Program-made: the position numbers and the translations under genes
Shown: positions 1 through 13,397 of the stretch, piece by piece
Layout of the letters: every line of letters begins with the position of its first letter
How positions within the stretch are numbered: the stretch's first letter is position 1
Notes under the pieces: generated by a model
Seen by the model: the letters and a program-made list of their open reading frames with translations, nothing else
Told to the model about the DNA's origin: nothing
Databases searched by the model: none
From: Rhizaria sp. SCN 62-66
Lineage: Eukaryota
Length of the DNA stretch: 64,000 nt
Assembly (NCBI GenBank): GCA_001724265.1
Contig: MEDY01000187.1
Span: 1 to 64,000, forward strand
Reading direction: 5' to 3'

Positions 1-141
1 AGAGTTGAAAAAACAAGTTTCATACATGATATCAAAAATCTGTTTCATTTAACGGATGTTTGGCAAAGTTGTATGGATATTTAAAACCGCCCCTTCCAGC
101 GCGTTTTTGCGTTTTTCATAAACCTCTACATCAGGGGTACA

Positions 142-3100
142 TTAATATGGATCCAAAATGTGTACAATCCTGCCACTCCGCCGATTCAAAAATTGAAAGA
201 TGGAAAACAGCTGTGATTTGACCTGATAGTGTGATAATGTAAAGCCCCTGCGCGTTTGCCCATCACAATGCTGAGTCTCGAAATGAGTTAGTGCCACAGA
301 ATCAAAGGGATTCTCCTTGCTGTCGTGCTTCGAGGGCTCCTCGCCCGCTATGCACGACTTTACGCGACCAACAGGCACAGCGCCGCGCAGCAAGCGCGCC
401 GGGCAGGGCTTGAAGACGATGAACCACAAGATGTCTTGTGTGAGCGTGGAGGGCCGCCTCGCCTCTTGCGCAAACTCGCCGTCATCGTCGCGGTCGCGGT
501 CATCACAAGTGGGAATGACAGAGCGCGGGTACATCAGCACTGTACCGACGGGATAGATCACACCAGAGTCAATGTGCAGCGCCTTGTCAGCGAACCTTGT
601 AGCATCGCCCTCGTCATCGTTGTCGTCGTTATAAGCGGCGACAGTGGCCTTAGATCTCTTATCGGATGTGTCCTGTTTGAAATCTTTGGCGGTGACAGCA
701 GCGGCCGTGAAAGAATTGTACTCTCCGTAAATAATATCGTTATAAGGCAACGCCAACGGCGTCACACGACACTGTGACTTGCCGAGGGAGTTGTACAGTG
801 AGACATACGGCAGCGCCAAATCATCTGCACTCGCCCCAGCTGCAGCAGCAGTGCTGGAGGAGTCCAAGCTTGCACCTGCATGACCCTTGGGCACAAAGCA
901 GGTGTGCACACTACGCCCCAGCGCAGTACTCATCGCCGCCATGCGGAAGTGCGCAGCGTGACTCGGATATTTCTTATCGTTAAGCCAGATCACCATTGTA
1001 TAGTTAATAACCTCGTTCAGCTTCATGCCGCGGAATTGGAGGCTTGCAACAACGTCCGTTTCGCTCTGTTGAATGCTATCCGTAAACCCAAGCTTTTGCT
1101 GAGCACACAGAAGAATGCGTTCGCGCGCCCGGGCTTGCAACACACGCAGAGCAGCAGGAGAGGGGCTTTCACCATGGTCATAGATGCTCTGATCGACATA
1201 ACTAGTATTGGTGCTACTACTGCTAATATTGTTGCTGTTCTTGGCTGTCGGACGCATAGGCTTCGGAATGGGCACCCACTTGGAGGTCTTTTCACAATAC
1301 GTCAGCTTGCTTGGGTAACCAACCTCATCAAGCTCGCACGCAATATACGCATCGAATGCGGCTTGCCAGTCACCGTTGTGCTCTAAGGAGATATATGCAT
1401 TAAGTTCTTTCATCGTCCGCTGCACAGTCTCCTGTGTTACTGGTTTTGACTTTGACTTGGAATCAGAAAGTAAAGCGTGCAGTTGAGTTAGCTCTTTGAT
1501 GGCATCTGCTACCGTTCCGGCGTTTTCACCACCGCCATTGTTACCGTCTCCGTTATTGATGTTGTCCTCGTACAATGGTAGTTGCATGCAATCGATGTAG
1601 CGAAGAAGATCGAGCGCCTCAAGACCGCGATACTGTACGATTGCAGTCACAAAGGGATTCGCCGACTCATCCGCTTCTGTCTTGAACCCTGACTTGGAGT
1701 CGGCGTGAGAACTGACCCCTACCGTGCAGCACGTACGCAACACACGGAGCAGCCGTGTTATCGCCACAGTGGTGTCATTACACATCTTGTTTACCGGGCT
1801 TTTGGTGCCATCGTTGTTGATCGTGCTGCGATTGTTGCCGTTTTTGGTAATCTTGCGGTTGCCGCATGCCGTAGCCCTCAGCATCATAACGCAACACTTG
1901 ATGGCGGAACAGTCAAGCAGTTTCTGTGCTGTTTTGGACACGTTTGTTGCCGTCGACAGCATGCAGCCAAGCAAGCGCGCGGTGTTGCTGCGCAACGCGG
2001 GGAAGTTTTCGAGGTCAACCGACTCTCCGGATTGATAATGCGACAAAATGGTTATGAAAATGTTCTTAAGCCCTTCGCCGTGCCTCCCCTCAAGTAACAT
2101 CGGCGCAAAAGCGGGAAAGCAATCTGCAAGACTGGCTAACATCCCTAAAAGTGGTGTTACAGTCGTCTGTGAGATGTCAGTACCGTGGTCGGTGACCCAT
2201 TCGCTGATGCAAGGGAGCATCCGCTTCATAGTTTGCTTCAACATGATGCCATCTGCAGCAGAGGATTTGCTGCTACAAGAACTCATTTTTGCTTCGCTAC
2301 CAATGCCGTCGTCATTGCTGGCGGTATCATCGCTCATGTTGTTGCTGCTCTCGACAATGCCGTTCTGAGAAAGAGTTGTGACGGTGACGCAGAGATCAGT
2401 CAAAGACATTAAGTGCGGGTCACAGCACTAAACATCAGCCTTTATCATGTCAACCAACGCAACCTTCGAAAACTCATCACTTAGGCTGAACTTCACAATG
2501 TCATCCTTGTGGCAGTGCATCAGCACACTGTGCAGCACACTGTAGCAGAACGTGTGCAGCGACGAGCGCCGTGCCTCGTCCAACTTCGCATGGGCCCGGA
2601 TCTGAGACAATACCGGGGGGAGAAACGCACGGACGAGGCGGTATGGCGGAGGTGTTGACGGGGGCAGCGCGGGCTGCGCGTCGGCTCCTGCGATCGCCAC
2701 GGGGGCGCCAGAGCATAGACGGGCAATCATCAAGCACAGCAGATGATGGCGTAGTTGCACACGAAGGAAGTGCGGATCGTCCTCGGCGTCACCACGAGAC
2801 TCAATCTCGTCGTCGTCATAAGCACGAAACTCCACGTTTCCATGGTCGTCGTCTTCGTCGAAGTCAGCGTCAGTCATAACGCCATCGCTTTCGTTCTCAT
2901 GGGCGTCACTGTCGTGTTCTTCGCTGTCACCTTCTGCGTCACGGCCACTGTTGGCGAAGGGGTTTAACACTAGAACCTCATCTTCGACCGGGTTTCGCTT
3001 CATATACTCGAGCAAACATGCCAATACAGCGTGCCTCACAGCTGTTGTATCAGAAGACCACATTTGCTTTGATGTCAACACTGCTTGCATAATGCGCATC

Positions 3101-3783
3101 ACACGGTACGCCGTGCGCTTTGCGCCATACGTCGCGGTGTCAACGCGGTAGTTGCTACTGTCACTGTGGACACCACCAGAGGTACAGAGCAGGATGGTAC
3201 AGAGGCGCTCTAACAGATTAGGCGCCCCGCTGCAGTTACTCGCATGCGCCGCAACAGATTTTGCGAGGATATGGGCCCCGAATTTGTTGACAGCAACCGT
3301 GTCGTCATCGTCGATCAAGTCAATATCAGGCTCTTCGTACCGATATTCCTCCCTGATAACGTCAGAGGCAACGAGTGTCAGGAAAACTTGGAGGACGGCT
3401 TCAAGCAGCTTTCGATCGCCGAGGTTGTTGTCATTATCGGTGTCGCCGACGTTGTCGAACATCAAAAAACTGTTATTGCTGTCACTGTCATCGACATCGC
3501 CATCGTGGTTGTTGTCGTTGCCGTTGTCATTAGACGACTCATTCGCAGAAGGACCGCTGCGGGAGTGCGAGCTGGCGTAGTAGGATGCTGGCGAAAGCAG
3601 CTGCGACGCCAGGAACTCAAGCACACCACTCTCGCTCACAACAGCAAGGAACTTGGGCGTACGGCGGCACGAGTTTAGGACGCTGTTAAACTCATGCAAG
3701 CTTTTGATGAGGTCGGGCGGCGACGAGAGGGCGAAGATTGAGGCACACGCAGTGTGGAGTTGATGAAAATACTCACCCGACAT
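142..3783 (-). CDS. Hypothetical ~1213-aa protein, Leu-rich helical/ARM-like N-terminal half; one in-frame TAG at 2428-2430
   Basis: ORFs 2428..3783 and 142..2409 are in the same frame, joined by GAT GTT TAG TGC TGT GAC CCG CAC TTA ATG with no AT-rich intergenic gap. ATG at 3783, TAA at 142-144. No family recognised. Confidence 0.65.
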
Positions 3784-4405
3784 TGACAGGCTAAGCTTCA
3801 GGAACTTTTGGAAAACAACCCAGGAGTCGTTTACAAAGTCAGTTAGCCTGTACGCCGTCGTATTTTACGAGGTGAACGAAACTGTCCATGTGGACACGAT
3901 GAAGAGAGGCGCAAGGAGGGGCAAAAAAGATCATGTCAGTACGTCGACAAAACACAACATCAACAAAAGTTAGTGAATAAATAACAAAGACTAAGCAACT
4001 TTTACTTGCATGAACAACAGTAAATCCATTTTGACGATGAAACGACTGCATGACATTGCTTTTCGATCCGGCGACGCCAGCTCGACAAAAATCTGGATTG
4101 GGGGAGAGAAAAAGTATATCCAGATTTTTTCTGATCAACCACAAACATGTGGTTTTCGAATCACAACAAACATCTCACTTTAAGCTCGTCAGATCACGCA
4201 TATTCTGATATATTCACACGGAAATGCTACTTGAACGCTTTCCTATTTAATAGTATTGCGGCATTATCCTCATGTGCTCCTGAATATGTCTTTGAAGGAA
4301 GTGACTAGAGCTCCTGTGGTCACTTCCTTTGCCCCTTTCTCCGTTTCGCTCACCAGCACCTTCACACGACATCCCCCCTCTTTTGTATCCGCTTAGCTGA
4401 CTTGC

Positions 4406-5272
4406 ATGCGTCGTCTTGCGACCTTTGTGCGCCACATGTACGTTGTCAGTCTTTGTCTTCCGTTTCTGCGGGTCTCAGATATGAATCACCGCCATCCGTC
4501 TGCACTCTAGTCGCCCCTTCAAGCTCCACGACAACCCCCTAAACAAACTTAAATTAAGAGACCCACTCACAAATGTGTGCCAATACTAAAAAAATGTTGT
4601 ATACCCTTCTATAGCCGCGTCCCCGCATCTCCTTCCCCGCTTTTCGCTGCTCCCAGCGCCGCCGCCGCTGGCACCAGCAACTCCTCTGCCTTCTCTGCTT
4701 CTGCCCCTGCTGTGCCGACTGCGAGCTCTCCTTCCCGCTCTTTTCTCACCGCGCGCCCCTTGCCTTCCCCCGTCCTGCCCCGCACCGCGACCGCCACCGC
4801 GTTCCCCGAGGCCTCCGTGTCTCTGATGCTCGCTCCCGCAACTGTCTCCGCCTCAGTCGCCGCCACTGCCCCCGCCCGCGCGAGCAGCTCAACTGCCGCC
4901 CCCTCCGGCGCTGGCGCTGGCGCTGCTGCTGCTGCTGCTGGTGGTGGCGCTACGAAGACTCTGTTCACGGTAGCCGACGTGAAGCACCAGCCTACCGTGT
5001 TCAGCATCACCTCGACGACGGCGGGCGTCGTTTCGGTCGCCAAGGTCGAGTACGAGCTCGTCAAACCGGCCTCCCCCGCCTCGCCCATCGTGATGGACAT
5101 CACGCACACGCTCGTACCCGAGGCGTTCCGTGGACAGGGTGTCGCCAAGGTGCTTGTCGACGCCGCCGTGGCTTACGCGCGCGCCAACGGGATGAAGGTC
5201 AAGCCTACGTGCAGCTACGTGGCGGCCTACTTCAACAAGGCCGGCAAGGAGAACGCTGACCTTCTCGCGTAA
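4406..5272 (+). CDS. YjdJ/NATD1-type GNAT acetyltransferase (~229 aa) with probable mitochondrial presequence; exons 4406-4437, 4615-5272
   Basis: C-terminal motif MDITHTLVPEAFRGQGVAKVLVDAAVAYARANGMKVKPTCSYVAAYF. A phase-2 intron 4438-4614 (GTACGT...TATAG) gives the N-terminus MRRLATFVRHIRVP. Ends in TAA. Confidence 0.85.
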
Positions 5273-6528
5273 GTCAGCGCTACCCATGAATATGCAACAA
5301 CATTGAAGCTCAGTGTCTTCGGGGCTAAGTTAGCGCGTGCGTGATGGGCGCAAGCGCTCGACATTGGACTAACGCAAGCGGTTGTTTCGTGTTAAAATTG
5401 TAGCGCTTTGTTGTCTAAGATTGGATTGGATTGGATTGAGTTATCCATGTCTGACGTGGGTACAACTGTTGAAATAAGAAAATAAATACATAAGCACACA
5501 TATTTAGGAGCATGTGCGCAGAAGTTGCAAAGAAAAAAAGGAAGCTTTGTATCGAATAATAACAGCCTTGATAGCGTCGTCTCAGCGCACACAGTCACGA
5601 TACGGATGAAAGAAACGAGACTATGTTTGCATTATGCGGATGCGCTGTAGCGTGATCGTGGTTGCGCGCGCTTTTCACTTGGAGAAAAACGAACACACAC
5701 AGACACACAGACACACACACTTGTGAAGCGTCAGCTTGCACGGAAGACAGAATAGCAGCCCAAGGAGAAACAAACATAAACATATAATATTGCTGTTCAA
5801 AAAACAGTCTTAATACATAATATAATATAATATATAGCAGGCATCGCACTGATTTGCATGTTCATCTTATGAAGAAAAGCAAAGAGCACTTAAGTTATTT
5901 TTAGGGTTTTTTGGTTGTTGATGCGTTGAGTTGTGAGAGACGGAGAGGGTGATATTGATGGCAAGGCGAGCTTTTTTTGGTGGGGGCATGACGATCTGAG
6001 CATCGCAGCACAGTACGCAACACTACGAAAGCAACCACACCCAAACACAACAGCACCAGCGAGCGACAGTGAGTTGCGACACCAGTTCATCAAACGTCTG
6101 AACAAGAGCGTTTGCTTGAGACGTCGCAACGATTTTGAAGCTATTTTTGTGCCGATCGAAGTGAAAGTTGAGATGTTTTTTTTTGTTTCGTAATATCAGT
6201 GCTACGAGCTCTCATTGCTCCTCATACACCTACAAATCTAAAGGCCAACACGCGACGAATCGAAAGTGAGTGGCATTTGACTCGAAGGTATCAGAAGAAG
6301 CAACGTCAAATCAATGTGTTTTAAGCAATGAATTGAAACCGCGGCCCCCAGTTATACTCCTGAATAGGAGGAGGGGACGGTCCAACAACAGTAACAGTAA
6401 CGGAAACACGCGCACATCACATCGTACAAAGGTGTTTACAGTCAGTGTTTTTTAGTTTAGAAGCATGATGCAGAAAAGAAAAAACAAAGAGGAAAGTAAT
6501 AAAGTAACACGAAAGATAAAAGAAAGAT

Positions 6529-6552
6529 AGAGAGAGAGAGAGAAGAGAGAGA
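6529..6552. repeat. Imperfect (GA)n microsatellite
   Basis: agagagagagagagaagagagaga in the long non-coding stretch 5273-7282. Confidence 0.8.
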
Positions 6553-7282
6553 ATGAAAGGGAAAGAGATGGAGTTAAGTTAGTTAAACGCCTAAGTGTGA
6601 CGGCAGGGGTAGTAGCATTAATAAGTGTGAAGGAAAAAAGGGGAGAGCGGAATGCGGCGAGAAATGCATAAACAAAAGTTATGCATGAGCATAAATATGT
6701 GGGTGTGCGTGTTTAAAAAGCAACAACAACGAGGCAGACGTTGTTGTCGACAAAACAAAAACAAAAGACAAAAGAGGAAGCAAAGAGACAAAAGACACAA
6801 CAACACAAAGCAACACGAGCGAGCAAGCATGTTGGCAAGCAAGCAAGTACAGCAGCAACCGCAAGCTAAAGCAGGGACAGGCAAGCGTGACAACATCAGC
6901 ACCAGCGACAACCGTAGACACAGCTTTGGTAAACGCAGCAGTAGCAGCAAGAACAAAAACTCGCAGCCCAGCTAAAGCTAAGCGAAAGCAGGAACTTGGT
7001 AGAGCAGGATTATCGCGCATGTTTTGTTGCTGATGTAGTTTCACAGTTGTGCACGAGCTTTAGAAGGCGTGTTTTGTGTGTTTGCGAGTTTGTTTCCGCA
7101 TTCATCTGTCTGTGTTCATTGTTATTGTCGCGTCAATTTTGTCACGGTTCGTCGTGAGTGTTGTCGCTCTTTAGAGGCATTTCATAAGTATTTTCACGCA
7201 TAAGCACACGCATTCATTACAAAACACAGAATGGCATTATAAAAGTAGAGTGGGCAGTTAGAAAACAAAGCTGTTGGGCTTA

Positions 7283-7645
7283 TTAGTGTGAATTGAACGT
7301 ACCCGGGCCCTCGTCGTTCATCTGGAAGGAGAGGTCAACGACCGGGATGTCTGCGGCCTTCTGCACCAGCGTGGCGACAGCGGAGGGGCGCGACGACGTC
7401 ACGACCGAGTCAGAGCCGGAGCTGCTGTTGCTGGACGAGCCGAAGCCGGTGGTGACGTCGCCGGTTAGCAGCGTCGCGATCGACACGGTGGGGGCAGCGA
7501 CGACGACGATGTTGGCGTTGGCACCGCTCAGCAGCACGCTCTTGTTAGGAGCGCCCGTTGCACAGCGGGATGCCGAAGACAACGACGTCGCGAAGCCGCG
7601 AGAGGTCATCTTGGACGCAGCGCGTGTTACAGCGCGAGAAAACAT
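7283..7645 (-). CDS. Small (~120 aa) protein with mitochondrial presequence, function unknown
   Basis: MFSRAVTRAASKMTSRGFATS is Arg/Ser/Ala-rich with no acidic residues. GC-rich, coding-like codons inside AT-rich flanks. Ends TAA TAA if unspliced; a GTACGT donor at 7302 could give a different last exon. Confidence 0.65.
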   Translation of the reverse strand: MFSRAVTRAASKMTSRGFATSLSSASRCATGAPNKSVLLSGANANIVVVAAPTVSIATLLTGDVTTGFGSSSNSSSGSDSVVTSSRPSAVATLVQKAADIPVVDLSFQMNDEGPGTFNSH

Positions 7646-8349
7646 CCTCTGTATGTTCAGTATATGATCAGCAAGAACGTGGCAAAGGCGGGGCACGAGA
7701 AGTCGGTGAGCGTGGCTTGGAACGGGAGCAAAAATGAGGGTCAGTTGACGGGATGCGCGCCACCGATGCAAGTGTAATAATAGATTACGAGTCACAAGCG
7801 AGTATACAATACGGAGCAATTCTCAGAAGTCTTATTCGGACAGTATATGATGCATGCGGGCAAGACGCATTTCTGCGCCCGTTTGGGGGAAAGCGATAAA
7901 TCATTTTAGCCCTTTTTCGGTCCACCATACCGCACAACTCTCTTTCCTCGACTTTCCTCCGAGTATCACTCATTTTCAAAATAAAAATAAAGTCAAATGG
8001 ATTTTATAACATATGTATTAGTATAAAAACTGTGCGATTTTGCTATAGCCCTTGAAAATGTATCTTGAATAATCCTACATGCGACAAGATGACCACGCGG
8101 GGAGCTAGAGACATGCATTTTGTTGTTTTCTTGATGACCAATAAGTGAGTTCGCAATAATAATTGGAAACAGATGAAACAAGACACTTTCCAACATATAA
8201 TATCAGCATTTCAACGCGATTGAAGACACGTTTATCTATTTGTTAATTATAACTTAAAAAATAATTGTGACCACGTCACTCGGCCCGACTCAGGCTCATC
8301 ATACATTATCAAAGCCCCTCACTTGTTTGCACCCGTCCAAACGCTTCGC

Positions 8350-8966
8350 TCACACGTGGTTGCGGAAGTACATGATCACGGCCAGCAGCGCCCCAACCAG
8401 CGCCCCGAGAATGTAGTCTTCGTTGGGCAGGTACACGTCGCGGAACCAGCGCTGCAGCACGTGCATCGGCGAGTCGTCGTCGCGCGCGCCGCGGTTCGCG
8501 TCGCGACGCGCGATGTTATTGTTGTTGTTCTGCTGACGGGCATTGCGGCCACCGCGGTTCACCTCAGCAGGAGCAGGAGCAGCAGCGGCGGGAGCAGCAG
8601 CGGGAGCGGCGTTGTTGTTGTTGTTGGCGTTGACGCGGGCAGCCTCAGCCTCAGCGGCCACAGCCGCGGCCGCCGCAGCGGTCCCAACCTGCTGCTGCTG
8701 ACCGTTGCCATGCTCGTGGTATTGCTGCTGCGGAGGCCCAGGAAAGAAGTTGCTCTTGACATAGCCCCATGCCGCAGTGAAATCGGCGCCGGTCTCCCAC
8801 CAGCCCTTGAGCGCGCGTAAGGTAAGCCGCGCCCACAGTCCCCACAACGCGACCTCGACCGGCACGGCGGCGGCCGCGCTCTGGGTGGCCGCCAGGTCGT
8901 AGTAGCGCTTCGCCAGAGCAAAGTCCTGGCCCGGCAACAACGACTCACTGGACGAAACAACAACAA

Positions 8967-8999
<33 letters not shown>

Positions 9000-9606
9000 G
9001 AGCAGCAGAGTTGGCAGCAACGCCCTTAGACGGACGCGTCGTCGTAGTCTGCGCATTGGCAGTGTGAGCAGCAGCAACGTTGCCATTGGCGCCCGCGTGT
9101 CCCCAGCCGTGCTCGTACATGGCGGCCAGGTTGAACGTGGCCTCCGCGTCCCTGAGCTCGCTCGCGGCCTTGTACAGCCCATATGCGGCGCGCGGGTCGG
9201 CGCGGCCCGGCGAGAGCCCGACGCCACTGAAGGCCCAGTCGCCCAGCGTGCGCAGCGCGCCGATGTTGCCCTGCTCGGCCGCGCGGCGCAGCAGCTTCGC
9301 ACCCACGGTCAGGTGGTGCAGCGGCGCCAGCGCGCGCGGCACCGCGAAGTGCGCGGGCGCGTCCGCGACCGTAAGCAGCGCGTGCCCGAAGGCCTCAGCG
9401 GCGGACACGGGCGACGCTGCGGCAGAGCCGGCGATGTGCGCGACGGCGGAGTCGCTAGCAGCGGTGTCAGGGACAGGAGAGTAATAGGGCGAGACGAGGG
9501 CGATTGCGTGCGCGTCAGCGGCAGTCGCGGGGGCAGGGAACGCGTCGCTTGGCTGGCTCTGGGTGCTGAAATCGAAGTTACGCCGCTGCTGCTCATTCTT
9601 GTCCGA

Positions 9607-9637
<31 letters not shown>

Positions 9638-12600
9638 ATCTGACCACGCTTCACCTTGGCTGCAGCCTTTCTAGTCTCAGCAGCAGCACCATCGTTCCGC
9701 GTGCTCTGCTTCTGCTGCAAGATGTACTTATTGACGACGTCGCTCACAGTTTCAGTGACCGTGTCGACGACGGCCCCCACCGCGGCTTCCCATCCCATCC
9801 AGGCCCCAGTGACCGCGGCGGCGACGGCGCGGCTGGCCTCGCGGCCCAGGCGCGCCACGCCTGCGATCTGCCCGGGCGCGTGCACCGGGTCAAGCAGCCA
9901 CGCCGCGTTGGCCTGCGCCGACTCGTAGCCCAGCTCGCCACCCAGCGCGTAGCTCACCAGCGCCTCGTGGCCGCGGCCTGCGCGCGCGGCAGCGTATCCG
10001 CCCGTCAGAACCGCCGTCCAGGGCCCCGCCTCGGCGACCGTCTTGAGCAGCTTGATGCCCAGGTCGCAGGAGCGCGGGGCGCCGAGCCCGCTGAGGTAGA
10101 GCTGCGCCAGGTTGTACAGCGCGCGCATGTGGCCCTGCTGCGCGGCGCGCGTGAAGAGGTCGAACGCCGTGCTGTACGAGCGCTGGACCGAGAAGTTAGG
10201 TCGCCGGCTGCTGGACTGACTGTGGGCGCTGCGCTGGGCGTCGGCGATAATGTCCGAAGGCTTCTGATAACTTTGCTCACTGGTACTAGCAGAGTCAACA
10301 GCAGCAACTTTGTCGTCTTCAATGACCTTCATCGACTTGATCTCAACGTTGCCGTTCTTGGTGGTCTTGGTTGTAGTCATCACAGTATCCTTCTTGTTGT
10401 TATTCTTATTGTTCTTGTTACCATGCTTCGCAATGATGGAGTCAACGAGAGCGTTGATCGTGTCATCGTTGATGCGGCGCTGCTCCTGCGTGCCATGGTC
10501 GTCAATCTCAACAATATCGCCAATACCACCACCGCTGCTACTCACAGCACTAGACTGCTGCTGTTGCTGTTTGGTGGAAGGCTTAGCTTCTGTCGCCGCG
10601 GTCGCCGTCGCCGTCGCCGTCGCAGGCGGCTTGGCGTCGTGTTCCTCACTACTAGGGCCTTCCATGTACAGATTAGCCAGGTGGTACCGCGCAGTCGCGT
10701 AGCCGGCCTCGGCCGCGGCGAGCAGCGCGGTGTGCGCGAAACCCAGATCGCGCCGGACTCCGCTGCCGCCGTGCAGCGCGAGCAGCGCCGCGGCCGTGGC
10801 AAGCGGTGGCGACAGAGGTGGCAGCTTCGCCAGCACGGCCGCCGCGGCCTCCTTGCTGGCGATCGCCTCGGGTCGGTGCGCACGCGCCGCGTACATCCAG
10901 TTGTGCGGCGCAATGCGCACGTGGACGCTGACGGGCGTGACCGCGCGCGTAACGATGCGGACCAGCGCGGCGGGCAGCGGCACACGCTGGCGCATGAGAT
11001 ACAGAGCAAGCTCACCCGCGGCGTCCTCGTGGCCGCGCCGCGCGGCGTGCGAGAGCAGCGAGAGCGCGCGCGGCACGTCGCGGACGACGCCGCGGCCGCC
11101 GTAGAGGTGGATCATGCCCAGCGTGTAGAAGGACTTGAGGTTGCTGTCGCTAGAGTAGCGGCCCAGGTTTTGCGTGTGATACTCGACGATCTGCCGCAGC
11201 CCGTCGGGGTCGCTGTTGCCGTGGCCCGCGCCGCCGTCCGCCGCGCCGTGCCCACCCAGTAGCGCCTGCGAGCTCGTGTAGCCGAGGTTGAGCAGGTACG
11301 ACAGCGTCGAGTGGACCTCGTTGGCGAGCCGCGCCTTGGCGTCGCTGGCCCGCAGCCCGGGGTCGGGGACGTGCTCGCTCGCGGTGAGGTCCGTGACGGT
11401 GAGCTCGGCGACTTCGCCGTAGTACTGCATCGCGACGTCGCACGACTTGGGCACGCCGTAGCCCATGAGGTGCTTGTAGCCCAGCGCCAGCTTCGCCTCG
11501 GGGCTGCCCGCCATGGCCGCCGCCGTGTAATGCAGCACGGCGAGGTCCTCGCGCAGCAGCGCGCTGGTCGCCATGGCGGGCTCGGGGGCGAACTGCGTGA
11601 CCGCCGCCGAGACGATGGCGGCAGAGCTCGCACTCGCGCTCGCGCTCGCACTCGCACTGTTGGCACTGTGAGCGTTAGTGTGGGTGAGAGTATTTGGGGA
11701 TGTGGGCGTCAGCGCTGTGGTGACGAGTCCGAGGCTGTGCATGGCGCCCAGCAGGAAGTGCGCGTCCGCGTCGCCCACCGAGGCGGACTCGGCGAGGAAA
11801 GCCTCGGCCAGGGTGTAGTTGGCCGTGACTGTGATGCGCCGGTACGCACCACGGCTCGGCGCGACGAAACCAGGATTCGAACTCGCGACAGCGGTGCCAG
11901 AGCCAGAGCCAGAACTTGAGCTAAGACGGTCTGCAATGAAAGCGGGCAGGTACCCCATCACACGCGACACAACGCCCGAGTCAGAGTCAGGCTCCGCAGC
12001 GGCAGCGGTAGAGGCAGCATTACTGGGAGCGGGCTTGGGCACAGCTGTCGTGGGACTATAGACGGCCTCACCGTCGATGCCGAGCAGGAACAGTTCGCCC
12101 AGCAGCGTGGTGGCGTTGCGGACACCGCGCGCGTGCAGGCCGTGCAGCGTCTCCACCAGCGCCGCGGCCGACGCGGCCCAGGGACCAGTGGGCACGGGTT
12201 CCGGCGGCGACAGCGGCACGATCGACGGGGACACAGCAGACGCGCCGGCCCGCTTGCGCCCGCTGCCACGGCCGCGGTGACCAAAGAAGTAGCCCAAAAT
12301 GCTGCCGTCATCGTTGCTGTCACTGCCGTCGTCGCCAGCGATGCCGTCAAAGCTGCCGTCGTCGCTATCATGGTCGTCGTCGTCGTCGTCGTTTAGGGGC
12401 GAGAGGCCGGACACGAAGTCGACGAGGGAAGCAAAGAGCTGCGCACCGGGGGTGGTGCTGGAGCCCGCGGCCTCCCAGGCGGCCGTCGTCGTCGCCGCGG
12501 CTGCCGCCGCGCGCGCGTCCTGGCCCAGCCGCGCCTTGCGGAGGAAGGTGGCGATACTGTGCAGCGTCGCCAGCTCGACGGGCGCCAGCGGCACGCCCGT

Positions 12601-12813
12601 GTTGCGCAGAGGGGCCGTGCGCGCGAGCGAGCGCAGCGGCGCCGTGGGCGGCAACGCCAGCGGGGGCGCGTCGGGCGAGAGCACAATGCTCAGGGGCGCA
12701 GCCAGCACCGAGTGAGCGGGCACATGCGATGCTGATGATGAGGCTGCAGTAGTAGCTGCGGCAGCCAGGGCGGAGGCGAATACAGCCAAGAAGAGCAGCG
12801 ACAGGCGCGTCAT
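8350..12813 (-). CDS. SEL1L: SEL1L/Hrd3-like ERAD component (Sel1 repeats, signal peptide, C-terminal TM helix), ~1487 aa, no introns
   Basis: Signal peptide MTRLSLLFLAVFASALAAA. Sel1 repeats ALGYKHLMGYGVPKSCDVAMQYY, ALYNLAQLYLSGLGAPRSC, GYESAQANAAWLLD, EATFNLAAMYEHGWG, DFALAKRYYDLA. TM helix YILGALVGALLAVIMYF. Ends in TGA. Confidence 0.88.
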
Positions 12814-13397
12814 GGCGGAAAAGAGTGCCGGAAAGCCCGGGGAGAGACGGGGCGCCGATGAGGCCCTTGGCGCGGGGCGGGGGGCTCGCGGGAACGGGGG
12901 AGGGTGAGGGGCAACCACAAGCGGATCTCAGCCAACGGAAAAACAACCTTAGTGTCTCTGCGCCAACGTTAAATGAAAAGAATTAAGAATGTTGGGTTAG
13001 ATCAGCACTAATTCTTACTGAGTTACCATATTAAATCTCAACCAACTATGATTTCACTCTGAAGCAGTCATTGCAGACTGTCGCTGACGTGGGCCAAGAG
13101 GAGAGCTCGACACTCTCGCGATCGACAAGACGACCGAGAAAGCACACCGACCGACAAGAGTCCGCTGCGCACCGGCCCTTCTCGAGCTCGACCCAACGCC
13201 TTGTCTCTTCATAACCACTCTTCTGGATTTGCATAACAACAACAAATCACAGTTTTCTAACTATTGCGTAAATTATAGACTCACCGTCGACCGCCTTCGT
13301 TGTCTCCCACCACTAGTTCAACCTCTCCACTCTGACTGGTTTGCGCCGCACCCCCCGTCCGCTCTGACCCGCGCCCAGCCTAGTCGTCGCCCTCGCC

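Noticed and set aside
4481-4614. Alternative GNAT first exon (ATG 4481, 117-nt intron) or GTG start at 4577
   Set aside because: ATG 4406 with a GTACGT donor gives a typical 177-nt intron and a presequence.
6618-7044. ORFs in the AC/GT-rich tract
   Set aside because: Simple-sequence UTR-like DNA without coding-type codon bias.
8998-11262. Long antisense or alternate-frame ORFs (also 29590-31746, 32947-35013, 48149-50074 and many others)
   Set aside because: They are shadows of GC-rich, codon-biased genes, Arg/Gly-rich and without motifs.
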